From assembly GCA_020536535.1 (NCBI GenBank), contig JAHLWZ010000589.1, positions 1-49,252 of the forward strand: a stretch of DNA of 49,252 bases, in the 5' to 3' direction. The DNA comes from Pelomyxa schiedti (taxonomy: Eukaryota; Protista; Evosea). Under the pieces are notes generated by a model that had not been told where the DNA came from, searched no databases, and was given only the letters and a program-made list of their open reading frames with translations. This document shows positions 11,923-24,600 of the stretch, piece after piece; position 1 is the first letter of the stretch; the number at the start of each line of letters is the position of its first letter. The position numbers were made by a program, and so were the translations under genes.

Positions 11923-13085
11923 TTAATCCGAGGGCTTTTTTCTTCTCGAGAATTCTGGGTGTTCAAGGGCATCGTGTCCCCCAACAAAGAGTTTTCCTAT
12001 TTTGAATGTGTGAGTTGAAGAATGCGCGGAGCATTCAGTACCAGGCCAGTTGATGTCAAACGGCTCGATGTTATCTACCATTTGGGATAGTGTTTCAAAT
12101 GACTTCGCGCTTTGGGTTGTATTGAGTGTGAGGGATTTCTTATTTTTGGGGTGTAGACATACTCAAATGAAAGGTCGTCTTCAGCTGGGAGGCAAGACTT
12201 TGGGGGGATGACTACCTCTGAAAAAAGTTACAAAAGTGAGCCAGTGGAGATGAGAAGATACTTGGGCCAACTCGGAACTCGTTACAATCGTCAATAGAGG
12301 CCTCAGACAGAGTAAGTTCCAGGCCATAGGTATCAACCACTTCCCACATGTACTCAGGATCGAAGAACTGCAGTCACTTCAGAATTTTTGTTTTTTCACG
12401 AGTTCTCTTTCCTACCTTCTTGGTGTAAATCGAAAAGGTGTCAGCATCAGCATTTGCGGATATAAAGGCATGGGCTTTCAGATGCTCAACGGTGTCATCC
12501 TTGTTCACAAAAACAAAGGCATTATCGCTATTCACAGTATAAGAAAGTAAATAAGGGAGTTCAGCCGCTTACTTGTCTTGTGTCAGCAGGGGTAATTCGA
12601 GCCAGCCAATTTTTATTGCTGTGGGGTTACGCTCTCGAGTGTGGTCAAGTTTTTTCTTGGGAATTCTTCTTTTCACAGAACTTCTGGTAGATACAGGCAC
12701 AACTTCTACCAGATCAGGTAACGTGGGAGAAGGAGGAGAGGCAACTGCAGGGACAACTGGGGGAATCTGTTGAGAGGATGCAGTTGTTGAAGGAATTTGG
12801 GTGGTAGGGGTTGGTGGTTCAGTGGTGGTTGATTTGCTTGCTATTGTCGCATTGGCTTCCAAAACAGCGGTTTTCTCTTTCGGTGTTGTGATGTCAGTTA
12901 TTGCAGAACTGGCCCCTGACTCTAATTCCGGTTCCGAGGACGCAGCGGGTTCTGTCACCAACAGAGATTGATTGCTATACACCGGATTCAACAGCTCAGC
13001 CAGCAATGGTTTATCCCCTCCATACCTTGAAAAGTTGTAAGCTCTATCTTTCGATCACACGCATAGATAGCTTCCAATAAGCAGT

Positions 13086-13159
<74 letters not shown>

Positions 13160-13472
13160 AACAACCAGATAGATACCAGGAGTGTAGCTTGTCAGTCAAC
13201 ATTGTGGGCAGCACCACGTAGTCAATTGCCTCACACAAGTTCTCATTCAGAGCCTCAGGGAACCTCGGGTTCATCAGGCTCTGGTTCGACATCGGGCCCG
13301 GGCTGGGCGCCGACGCCGTCGCAGTCGTCGTCGTAGTCGCTGTACCCGCAGCTACCGGCCTTGCCGGGCACGTGTGGCGCTTCCACGCCTCCCACCACGG
13401 CGCCGCCACCACAGACAGCGACAGCATCGACACCGTTGTGTCCCATTGAGTCTCCGCCACCTCGCTTGTCAT
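11923..13472 (-). CDS. DUSP-domain plus C-terminal ubiquitin-like domain protein (start could instead be 13427)
   Basis: VVAAPWWEAWKRH...PGPMSNQSL...LNENLCEAIDYVVLPTMLTDKLHSW/YGG matches the DUSP pattern of USP4/11/15. Later exons give FVNKDDTVEHLK...LTLSEASI (UBL-like). Stop at 11923. Confidence 0.7.
13090..13158 (+). repeat. 69-nt poly(A) homopolymer, read as poly-T inside intron 13026-13176 of the minus-strand DUSP gene
   Basis: Directly visible run; its length may be mis-assembled. Confidence 0.9.
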
Positions 13473-13527
13473 GTCTGCAGGCACCAAGGAGCGCAAAAAG
13501 CCGTGGAAAAACAAAAGCAAAAAAAAA

Positions 13528-16483
13528 ATGAACGAAGAGGTGAACCGTTTGCGCGAGTTCATCAAGAGTGCGCGTGAGAACAAGCAACAGCAGCAGCAAC
13601 AACAGCTGCCTAGTCCGCCTTGTCCTTGTGCCGAGTTGGACGCCCAAAGTAGCTGCGCTGAGGCGGCGCCGCCCCCCATCGACGACGACGCCGGCATAAC
13701 CACGTCCTTCGTCAATGGTGTCAAAGTGGTTGTGCGCCAGTCCCCAGTCCGTCCCAAATCTGGCGTCTCTTGTACACCTGCATCCACTGCATCTACGACC
13801 ACATCAACTACAACTACAACAACAACAACAACAACTTCTACCACTACGACTCCGAACAACACACAAAGTGAGACCGATTCCGCAGTTGCTTCTGGTGACA
13901 ATTCGCGTGCGGTCGTTGTTGGAGGAGGAGCAGGAGCAGGAGCAGGAGCAGGGAATTGTGGGACAGGAGTTAGTGCTGCGAACCAAGTTGGGGGGTACAT
14001 AACGGTGGATAGCTCTGACGGGTACAATTTCTTTGTTCCGGTTGAGCCGTTGTACGCCGAGTCGGACTGGTTCAGAAGGCTTTTGCAGTCAAATACTTTT
14101 GTTGAGACAAGGGACAGACATGTCACTTTCCAAGTGTGTCTATCCTTCATGAGTGCAGCAATCCCTCCCTCATCACTTTTCTTTTGGGGTGGTGGCTTTT
14201 TGTTTCTGTTTAAAATAAAACTACTTAGTTTTCTGCCAATGAATTGGAGATTGGTACTACGCTGTAACTCTTTTTCCTAACAATGTGAACCTACCATCAG
14301 TGCTTATGTATATAATGAATGATTTCCTGTTAAACGGAGCACTACAACCAGACCAAAAACGCATTGTCTTCAACTTTTACTTGTCTCCAAATCATGTAAT
14401 GGATGTTCTCATGACGGCTCAATACCTTGTGTGGCAATTCCACCTTTCACTACTGAATAACAAATGCAATAAGGAAATTCCTTCTTTACTTTCGTTTTGT
14501 ATCAAAATGATATGTCATAACCTAGAGGGGCTTACAACCCTTGATGGAGTGCCCACAGATGTTGTTACAAAGTTATATGCTTCATTGAACCCGTACCAAT
14601 TATGCCTCCTTGAATCCTCTTCTGCCCATGCCAATTTCCTGGGTAAAAATCCTTTTTTCTCAGGCACTAACTAGTTCTCACTTTCTGAAGACACAAGCTG
14701 TTTTTGGAAGACCTTCTGTGTGAAGGATTTTCCCGACGAATCCAAAGAAATGCCAGTGGGTTGGTCATGGAAGGATATGTACGTTGCATTGTCTGATCGC
14801 CTGAAGTTTCGGAAGTCAACTGGCCCCATGGCTACAGATGCAGCAATTGCTGGTAGGTGTGCAAGTGAGATTTGTGGTTATATTTTACATTTGTTCTTTT
14901 CCAGATTACAAAGAATTTTTACGTTGCTGTGGTTCTGCCTTGAAAGAGGCCTTTCTTCTCTTTGGTAGTGTGGAGGATCTTCCAAACTTCGGGTCCATCG
15001 CCTCCCTTAACATAACACTACCTGATGATTTGCCCCCTACCAAGATGGAGGTACCTCATATTTATTACACATAGAAAAAAGAAATTTATGACCCAATAGG
15101 AACTCTGCACTGTACTCCATGACGGAAAATACCCAAATCTTCGCACTCTTCTTTTCAAATCGGGAACTATACCTGACAGCACTCCTCTTGCCCTACTAGT
15201 GATGCCATCCTGTAATGTGCAGTTGCACAATCTTTCGTTTATTGAGTCAAATATGACAACTGAGGCTCTGAACCCATTTGGGTATGGGAACACCAACCTT
15301 TTGTCCTCCCTTTAACAGGTGGCAGCCAAGCTTTAGTGAACAATTCATACTTGGAGGCCCTTATACTATGCAAAAACAATATTGGTATGAGTTTCAGAGA
15401 AAGAAATGGAAATCACTTTATTCAGCTTCACTGTCATTCCTGCAACCTCTTTCCGCCAGCTCACACTTGAAATATATTGATTGTAGTTCAAACCCAGTTC
15501 AAGAAATGAGGCCTCTATTTCACTTGAACATACAGAATGTCATAATTAACAACACGTCATTGAGGTACAACTCTTATTTTTCGAAACTCGATTAATCAAT
15601 TTTAAAAGCGAAAAAGGCTACCTTGATATGGCACGGTAAATTATCTCCACAACTTCTCACTTCCCTAATCTCTAGCAAGGTACATTGCTCATCCAAGTTG
15701 TACATGGGTGTCGCTCTCTATGAGTTTCTCTTCAATCGACGAGGAAAGTATCTACATGATACTGTTTTCAATTGGTAGCAACCAGTCCCTTTCACAGGTA
15801 CAACAATTTTGGTTGTACCAAAGTGATAAGAAAAAAGCTGGATATATCAAATATAGCCCTTGCAGCTCCCGCTGTAAATACCTTATCGGAATCTCTGCAG
15901 TGGAACCATACTTTGACAAGGCAATCTAACATGAATCCTCTGTCAATCTAATGGATAGTATCCAGTTTGAATCTTTCAAACTGCAAGTGCTTCAACCATT
16001 ACAGCTTTGACGCTCGTCGAGATATTCTTCCTTTTACCAGACTAGTTTCTGTAGATCTCGCTCGCAATGGAATCACGTATGCCCAACCTTCATCAACATA
16101 GCTTAACTGCAACCACAGGACGAACTGTATCTTGTCGTTCATTAGCGAATGCGTGAGGCTCCACGAGTCCGGTACTCTGAAGCTGAAGGTTATTCCCGAT
16201 TCCACACTCACAACAGCACCCAACTCATTGCACTCAGCACATCAACCTGTCTGGTAATTCCTACGACTGCAAGCACAACGCTGCACTAGAATCCCTCGGC
16301 GTTGAGATAGAAGAACCTGGTGAGTGGTTTGGAATTTCAACGGACGAGAGGCAATGGAGGTACAGAGGAACAGCAGCAACAGCCGCAACCGTACCAGCAG
16401 AAGTAACTGCAAACCGCAGAACACTTCCACTCACTACACCCCCAAAGGCAAGAGGGGGAAGAACTCCCAACAACAGGCCATAG
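13528..16483 (+). CDS. BTB/Elongin-C-like + Elongin-A-like (BC-box) + RNI-type LRR protein; putative cullin-ligase adaptor
   Basis: YITVDSSDGYNFFV...FVETRDRHVTFQ...FYLSPNHVMDVLMTAQYL/EIPSLLSFCIKMICHNLEGLTTLDGVPTDVV...FWKTFCVKDFP...WSWKDMY. LRRs follow (IDCSSNPVQ, FESFKL, VDLARNGI, INLSGN). Stop TAG 16481-16483. An in-frame ATG also exists at 13471. Confidence 0.75.
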
Positions 16484-16575
16484 CTTTATCATAAATTAGC
16501 CACATAAGAACCCAAAAAAAAACGAAGCTTCAACTCAATGTTCTTTTTTTTTCGAAAAAGTGAAAAAGCAAGTAC

Positions 16576-18748
16576 TCAGTGTGAGCGTCTCTTGTCGTGC
16601 TTCTTCTTGTCACGCTTCTTATGGCTGTGTGGAGAAGCCACAATTGCAGGGTCCAGAACAATGAGGTTTGAAGTGGGGCCACCCCTCTGGCTTTCAATCG
16701 AAGCCTTCACTCTCGAAATCCTGTCATTTGTGCTGCAGCCAATTGCCCGTATCACGCAGAATCGGTTCATAAGAGGTGACTCCTCGCGAACTTCGTCTAC
16801 GGCAACGGCACTGACTTTGGTGTATGACACGTCGAGGAACAGCAGAGACCTGGCCTCTGGTGTGGAGAATATCTTGGGGAGTATTGTGTCATTAACCCTA
16901 GTCCAGGAAAGGTCGAGGCTCTGTATGACCGGCCTCCGCGCATAAAGCTGAGTAACTCCCACGCAGGACACCTGAATTCGAGTGATAAGGAGCGATATTC
17001 AGAAGAAAGGCGCGAAATACCTGTGTGGATGCAACATTGAGGGTGTCAATGTGCAGAACACCAAGGCGGCTGAATCCATTGTCAGTTATATGATTACATT
17101 TTTGAAGTCGAATTAGTTTGAAGGTTTTTCTAGACGAGGCTTCAACAAGATTGCGCAATACTATTGAAGAGTTACGACACAAATAAGTAACGGAATTCAA
17201 TTACCAACATCGTCTGCTACAGTACATGATAAGTCAATACTCTCCAATTGAGGGCAAGAAGAAACAAGAGTACAGAAGGCCCCCGGACTGATCCACTTGC
17301 AATGTGCGGCATTGATGTGCCTCAGAGAGCGCCCTGTTGTTATTGACCCCTGAGCTCCAGGAATCAAGTCAACAAAAGGCGAAGCCCTCCCCACTAAATT
17401 GCAGACTCCAGTGTCAGTTATGTGGCAGAAGCTAAAGTCAAGAGATTGCAGCATTGGGCAACATCTTCCAATAGCTGCCAAAGTTGGGTCACCCAATTTC
17501 TCACATGTGCTAATAGATAGTAAACGAAGAGTGTCGGGAAGTGTTGCAGTGGCTGCATCAGTCAGTCTAGTCCAACTTACATCAAGAGATTCAAGCCGAG
17601 AGACTTGAGACAATGCATCAGTAAACTTAACGTGGGTCAGGTTCCTGGTTGGGAATAAGAAGCGGTTCATGCAATGACTTTTCACCTGCAATGAGCCAGG
17701 CGGAGAGAGCCAATAGATGAAAAGAGCCCACAAAGGGAGTTCAACCCGGCATTTGAAATAAAAAATGGGTGAGACACAACCACCTCTGTTGCAGCCCCTA
17801 GGTATTTAGCTTTGTGAAGGTGCTGAATTTTGTTGTCCATGCCAGAAATGGTAATTGATTGGCAAAGCTGTTTGGAGCGAAGGAGACTGCACCAGAGTTT
17901 ACACACCTTAATAAGAGAAATCAATAACAAGGCTACATTACATAACAAAGCGCACCAGTTGAGCATTGAAGTTAGTAGCAGGATCAAGCCACCAAAGGAC
18001 CTTAGAGAGCACAGCCTTTCCAAGTATATCACTAATAGTCTTTCTAACTTCCGACACATCCGAAAGATCAATCAACTTTTCCTGAGAGAAGTTAAAAACA
18101 AACCAATCAAAACAAAAAAGCCCAAAATATAGTAGATATGTATGTATAGATATATACATATATATATAAGGCAGGATTTACCGTTTGAGGGGCTTCTTCT
18201 GGCTGCTTATGCTTGCCGTGCCTCTTGGAAGAAGAATGCTTGTGCCCCGATGCATGAGTCTCAGCCTCGGCCTCGTCGTCCCCGGCCTGCGGCAGCGAAG
18301 ACGAAGACAGCGCAATTTGCTTCTTATGGGATGAAGAGTGGGTGTGTTTTGGCGACCCCCTCGCAGTTTCCCCAGACTCCTTCGGGGACGACGCAGCCGT
18401 CGAGGAGCTGCTTGCGGCGGCGGCGGCGGCGGCGGCAGCAGCAGCAACAGTAGTTGTAGTAGAAGTAGGCGCAGCAGAGGCGATTATGGGAGGAGACGAA
18501 TTGCCCTCGCGCTGAACGAGCAAAGCCCGCTCCGAGGAGTCGGCCGAGTACGGCGCCTTTATAGATCTGGACTTTGAGGACGAGGAGGTGGTGTTGGTGG
18601 CGCTCTTCTTGAGGTTCTTCCGGCCGGCGCTGGCGTCGGCAGACGACGAGGACGGAGGCGCCTCGATCGTTATGCGAGCCTCCAAGGATTTTTCCAAGAG
18701 CTCAGTCTTCTCCGTGACGTGCCGTTTCTTGCCGCTGCTGGAGCTCAT
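16576..18748 (-). CDS. F-box/LRR (FBXL/AMN1-like) protein with a low-complexity N-terminus
   Basis: F-box-like DILGKAVLSKVLWWLDPATNFNAQL/VCKLWCSLL. Cys-containing LRRs: LDVSWTRLTD, LSISTCEKLGD, LDFSFCHITD, IDLSCTVADD, LDVSYTKVS. Confidence 0.85.
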
Positions 18749-19122
18749 CCTTCCGTTTGAACCGTTTCTTTCTGGATTTCCTCGAAACCCCCTACCGCCA
18801 ATCCGAGAGGGGATTTGATTGTAATTAATGGCACCATAGATAACCCTCCCACTTCAGCCCACAGCAACACACACTCTCATTGGGAAGAAATCCCTCTCTG
18901 CCATTATAACAACATACCAGCACTGCATGCTGATGGCTGTGCCACCCATCCCTTGGCTGATTTGTTGGGTTTCTCCTCTCCACTGTGGTTGGATAGAATT
19001 TTAGAAATTTGGACTGCCTTGACAGGCCACACAGGCCAACAACAACCACCACACCCAACACAGTATTGTTTTACGGGGTGTTTGCGTTTTGTTGGCTATT
19101 TTCGAATTCCCCAAAAACCAAA

Positions 19123-21505
19123 ATGCAAGGGTTTGCCGTTTCTCCCAAGCGAGACTGCCCTCATGTTGTAGAAGCCATTACGGCCCTCCCTACTTCCATT
19201 CCGTGTGTGTTATGTTCTCTCTCCTTTTTTTTCCCTTCCCCGGCAAATGACACTCCCCTCCACAAACAGACCCGTGTGGGTGCAGTGTATGTGGAGACGT
19301 GAGCGAGAATTGGCTGTGCGCCACGTGCTACGGACAAAATTGCAGCCGCTACGTTCGGGGCCACGCCTCGTCGAAGCACTTCCCGACGACGTCTCACCCA
19401 ATTGCGCTCAGTCTGGCTGATTTGTCTTTTTGGTGCTACGTCTGTGAGGCCTACATTGAACACCCGGTACTTTTTGGTCTCTTCGTTTTAGCTTTATGGG
19501 CTTTGGTTGATATAATGAAGTTGGTCGAAATAACTGTGCTAAACTGTTGTACTGTTAGGACTTGAAACCTCTGGCCGCGTTAGCTCATCATGCTAAATTT
19601 GATGTTGCACATCATGCCCCCACTGCAACAGAAGGTTCTTCTACTACAAGCAGTGCTGCATTGGCTCCTCAGGAACCATCTCCTGAGAGTGTGACTGTAC
19701 CGCAGCTAACGGTGTTGACAAAGAAAGATGAAGCATTGACAATTGCTGACTGCAGGTTTGTGGCAATTCAAAGTGTGGGCACGATTCTCACTTGCCCTAT
19801 CTTAGGCTCCCCGAGTCCCTCCTTCTCAAAACTTGTGAGAGAAGCAAACTCTTTATTGCCTCGGGAGAGTTGGTTGAACTGGCGGCATCCAGGTGCAGTG
19901 ATTGCGTTGTTCAGGTGGACATTGGAATACAGAGAGGTTTACTCCAAATTCACGCCTGTTCTCGGTGTGACATCATTGTGGAGTCAGTTGTGTCAAACAT
20001 TGTCCTTGAGGTAACTTTGCATTTGTTATACAATCCATTTTCCAGCTAACAGCGATAAGGATTGTAATGCAGTTGCAGTGAGTGTAAAGCCTGCGTGGTG
20101 CAATAATGAGAACAACGTTCTTGTGGCAAAGTGCTGCCGAGGAGTGAAACTGCATGTTGGAGGAACTGTTCACACGCTCCCTTCCCATATTTTTGATGGC
20201 GCCTATGCCTTCCAGATTATAAATGGTGTGTAATAACTTCATTTGTAGGTCTCACACTCTGTCAAAGATTCATTAGTAGAAGTAACAACTGATATTTGGG
20301 AAGCTGCACACAAGATTCCAAGGCTTCTGATGAACGTTAATGACACATCCTCCAGTGTATCTTCCCTTTCATGACTATTGTTGTTTTTATTCATGCATTA
20401 TGAAGAGCACTGCTCCCGCTGACAATACACCACACGGACATTCAACTGAGGATGAATTGACGGAGCACTTTGACAAGCCTGGTATTCCCACCTTTACTTG
20501 GAATATATTCATCACCTGTTCCTCAGATGTATTTGCTTCAAAGATGAGGCAGATCGCCGAGATCGTAAAGGCCTCCAGTTACATTGTAGTCTACACCGGA
20601 GCAGGAATTTCTACAGCCGCACGGATACCAGACTACAGGTACATTCTGTATTTTTCAGTTTTGTGGGAATTAATGTTGTGGGGGCATTAAAAGAGGCCCA
20701 CAAGGTGTGTGGACTCTAAAGGACCGAGGAGAAGCAGCTCACATGGATATCACTCTAGAAGAGGCACAACCCACAAATGCCCATATGGCAATTGCTGAAT
20801 TGACCAAACGGGATATAGTTAAGCACGTGGTCTCAACCAACGTGGATGGTCTTCACCGGAAGTCAGGAATTCCTGCAACCAAAATTTCTGAGTTACATGG
20901 GAACCTGTACATCGAAGTCTGCCAGAAGGTTTCTCCACCTTTTTTTCCCCAATCAACCTAACACTTCACCAGTGCAAAACTGAATATCAACGAAAAGTGA
21001 ATGTTGGTACATTCACAATTTCTGACAAAGCGGCCGCATCACCAACTTCAACTTCAACTTCCACAACAGCCAGCACAACACCAACAACAAACAGGCACAT
21101 AACAGGCCGCACATGTGACAATCCAGAATGCGGAGGTGCTCTTGTGGATAACATTATGTACATATTCCTTAGTTCCACTCTCTTTTCTGCACATCCTGGT
21201 ATCCAGTAGAAACTAACTTTTTTTTTTTGTTTTGCAGACACTTTGGTGAACCCATGCCATTAGCACCAACAGAGAAAAGTCTCCTAGAAAGCAGGAAAGC
21301 TGATCTAGCCATTGTGTTGGGGACATCCATGAGAGTAAAGCCGGCATGTGAACTGCCCCTCCTTGCAAAAAGGCTGGTGTTGTGCAATAGGCAAATAACA
21401 CCAGTTGACCAGGACTGTGTAATCAGAGTCTTTGCTGGGACTGATGAATTCATGACATCTCTTATGCAACTTCTGGGAATAGAAATACCCTCGTTTTCAC
21501 CATAG
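19123..21505 (+). CDS. ZnF-UBP (HDAC6-type BUZ) + CAP_C/cofactor-C-like beta-helix + class IV (SIRT6/7-like) NAD-dependent sirtuin
   Basis: ZnF-UBP: AVSPKRDCPHV...ENWLCATCYGQNCSRYVRGHASSKH...HPIALSLADLSFWCYVCEAY. Middle repeats: LKTCERSKL, ASRCSDCVV, IHACSRCDI. Sirtuin motifs: YTGAGISTAARIPDYR/GPQGVWT, VSTNVDGLH, ELHGN, LGTSM. Confidence 0.9.
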
Positions 21506-21616
21506 TTCTTAACTTGAATAGAAAAAAAGAGCTGTTTGACAATTCCACATTTTATCTTTGTTTCTTCCCATGTCCTCTTCAGAATAAGGGAGGCAGACAA
21601 AGGATTGATTGGTTTT

Positions 21617-24600
21617 TTAGCACATACACTTCATGAAGGAGAGACATTCCTGTTTGCATAGTGCGGCAAGCAAATATTTACAATCAATTAGTAAATACCT
21701 TTGACGAGTAAGTTTTAAAGCAATAATGTGTTCAACATACTTGAGTGCCTTTGTCCATATTACTTCATCATTTAGTCTCATGCATAAGCTGAGACCATCT
21801 ATTTCTTCTCCTTTGATGCTGTTCTTTTGGTTAGAAAATACCAAAATAAACACATACACACTTATATGGAAGGCAAAAAGAGCCATCAGTATGGCTAGTA
21901 ATTGATGTTGCGAGCTCTTTGACACAGCAAGAAACTCCAACAACTGCACGGTCAAAGTTATTGAACCAAAATAATCTTCCCAAATGGACAGCATTTGCTT
22001 CCACAAAGCTATTTTATAAATTGAGCCCAAGAAAGGATAACATGCAGCAATATACAGTTCATAGGTCTCATTTAGTTTCCGAGAAAGGACCAAGGATCGA
22101 GACCCAGTGGAGATCAATTGGTACCTGACCTTTTTTTGAGTGATAGAAAGGAAGGTGGTAGAGTGAAACCTTTTAAATTTCACTTTCAAAATTCGAGCCA
22201 GGGTGTTTAAAAGTAAAGTGAGAAATCCCCAGGCTGTATTATTTTGCGGCCAGTCCATCGCCTTAACGAGAACTGTCAGAGTGGGGTAGGTAACTTTAGT
22301 ACATGTACCTCGATAGAGGAAATGTTCCCGAGTTTAAAACTGTTGATGGTGCCATATGGACCAGAAAAGGAAATATGAAAGGTGTCGTTTATTACATTAC
22401 AGCTATAAACCTCAGTTAAGAATATTTTACATTGGGGGGAATCTCAAAACCTGTTGAGTTGCCGTAACTTTTCTATGGAACAACAAAAATTGTTATATGT
22501 GCAATCTAGTTTACAAGTAAATTTTTGAAGCTCAGAATGGTGCCCAGTATATGTGGCCCAATATCTGGAATTCCTATTAAAATCGAATAAAATGAGATAC
22601 AGAAAAGGTGCCTTTGGTTAAATGTCTGTATTTTACAAGAGGTTTGCAGAGTCCGCTGTTGTTCTGCTTCTGTTTTTTTACATTCTGCATCCAGTGCAGC
22701 GAGCTCCTGCTCTAAATCCTCCACTTGCATTTCTAACTGTTATTATAAGTCGAGCCAACCTAACAGTATTATTTTGTATCAACCGAGGCAATCTTTTTAT
22801 CAAGTGTTGTATCGTCAGATAAATCGGAAATCTTTTGGAGAAGGTTGGTTTTCACCAAAACCTAGGAAAGTGGTTACAAACTTCCACACAGAAAAGAAAA
22901 TGAACAAACTTCATCTTCCCTAAACTTGAGGGTTTGTTCCATCTCTGATATCAAAACGAGGGTGCATTGCCTACAAAGAGGATTGTCAATCCCTATAATT
23001 TGTTGGAAGTGTTTGTTTATTTAGTATCATTGGTAAACTAGTTCTATATAAATATATCCACTCACATGAGGTATCAGATGCAAAACAGAATAATTCCCGA
23101 AGTGCCGGAATCACCTGCGGGTGTAAGGCCGGACTTGATGAAAAGGAAGGTGTGCGGTGACTGAGGGACACCTCAGAGGGCATAAGAGGTGGTTTAAGGG
23201 ACTCAGAACAGGGACTTGTGGGTGCCGAGGTTATTCCACTTGTTCCATGTGAAGAATAAGAATTTACATCTGTACTCGCTGATTGAGGTGTTCTTTTAAA
23301 GCCGAAAGTAGCAGCAGATAATGAGTCAAGCAGCTTACGTGGAGATACTAAAGTCACAAAAGGGGGAGTTGCCATTGGTGGAATTGCATGCAGAGCGGGA
23401 GAAGGAGGGGTAGTATGAGGTGCATGTAAATGAGTTGGAGTTTGTGAGGGTTGTGAGTTTATATTACGGGAGGCACGAATTGCTTTGGGTGTGTGCACAA
23501 TAGGTACTGCACCTTCTTGATCTGAATTGTCCTTAGGGAAATCTTTAGTGGATGCTATCAATGGTGAGGGTGGAGTTGCTGTCAGAGTCCTAGAGCTTGC
23601 TGAACTTGTGTGGTCATCCCATTGAGCCTAAGTTATATTAACTGATGTGCAACCTTTATTCCATAAATACCGGTCTGTCAGAAAAAATTTCTACTAGAGC
23701 CGACGTTGATTGTGCTCTGGGAATAGAAGAAGCCAGGGTCACAATGAGTGGTGCATCCTCTGGAGGGGGTAAAAGGGCTCTAGGGTCTTCCTGACATCCA
23801 TTTGGCTCTGTATGCGTTTGAACTGGTGCAGGCATTCCACTTGACTTGGGACTCTGTGAGACATCCACAGGATGATCCAATGGTGGGAGGCAAGTGTTTT
23901 GCTCAACATGTGCCCCTGTTTGTGCTGTTTGTGTTTGCTTTATCTCAGGTTCTAGTTCTATCTCCCCAGAGGAATCTTTATTCTGTTAAGCAGAGAACTT
24001 ATCAGGGAATTTGCAGGAGTGTGTACTGTGTTTTAGCTTTGATACATCCAAGTTGTGCAAGCTTACATCTAGAACCAACAACTGTTTGCATCTTGAAACA
24101 AAAAGATAGAAAGATAGACAGATAGATGTCAGCCAATTTTCCCACGCGCCGCACAAAAAACGAACCTTTGGCAAATAAACCACTGCTGAGGAGCCACATG
24201 CGAGAATCCCTTTCGGATTTGACACCTCGATTCGGCGAACGGCGCCCCTTGCTGTGATGAACCGTCTGCCGCGGCGGTAGTCGTAGCCCCATGGAACGCG
24301 TTCGCGGAAGCCGACCGCGGCGGCGGGTGCTCCAAGTTGGCGGACGCCCCGACGACGGTCAGGGCGCCGGGCGGCCCGTTGACGCTGGCGCCGCCGAAGC
24401 CCATAATGCCGTTTGCAGCGGCGGAGGCGGCCAGCTTTTTGGGTTTGCCTGGCATCGGCGGCGGCACGAAGGAGTTGAGCGTCACTGTTTTTTTCCTGAG
24501 GTAGTTGCGGCCGGGCCTTGGCGTGGGCGGGGACGTGTTGTTGATGGTGGGGGTCAGCAGCTGCGCATTATGGGATGGTGGAAACTGAGGGGATTGCCGA

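Noticed and set aside
13090-13158. Poly(A) tail of a retroposed element
   Set aside because: No target-site duplication or element body is visible, and the run lies inside an ordinary intron.
13044-14150. 368-aa minus-strand ORF with poly-V, poly-C and poly-F
   Set aside because: Mostly the antisense of low-complexity plus-strand coding sequence plus an intronic poly-T. Only the DUSP part (13177-13472) is credible.
18840-19030. U3 snoRNA or SRP RNA on the minus strand
   Set aside because: Boxes B and C (GAGCGUGA, UGAUGA) and the SRP helix-8 motif are absent.
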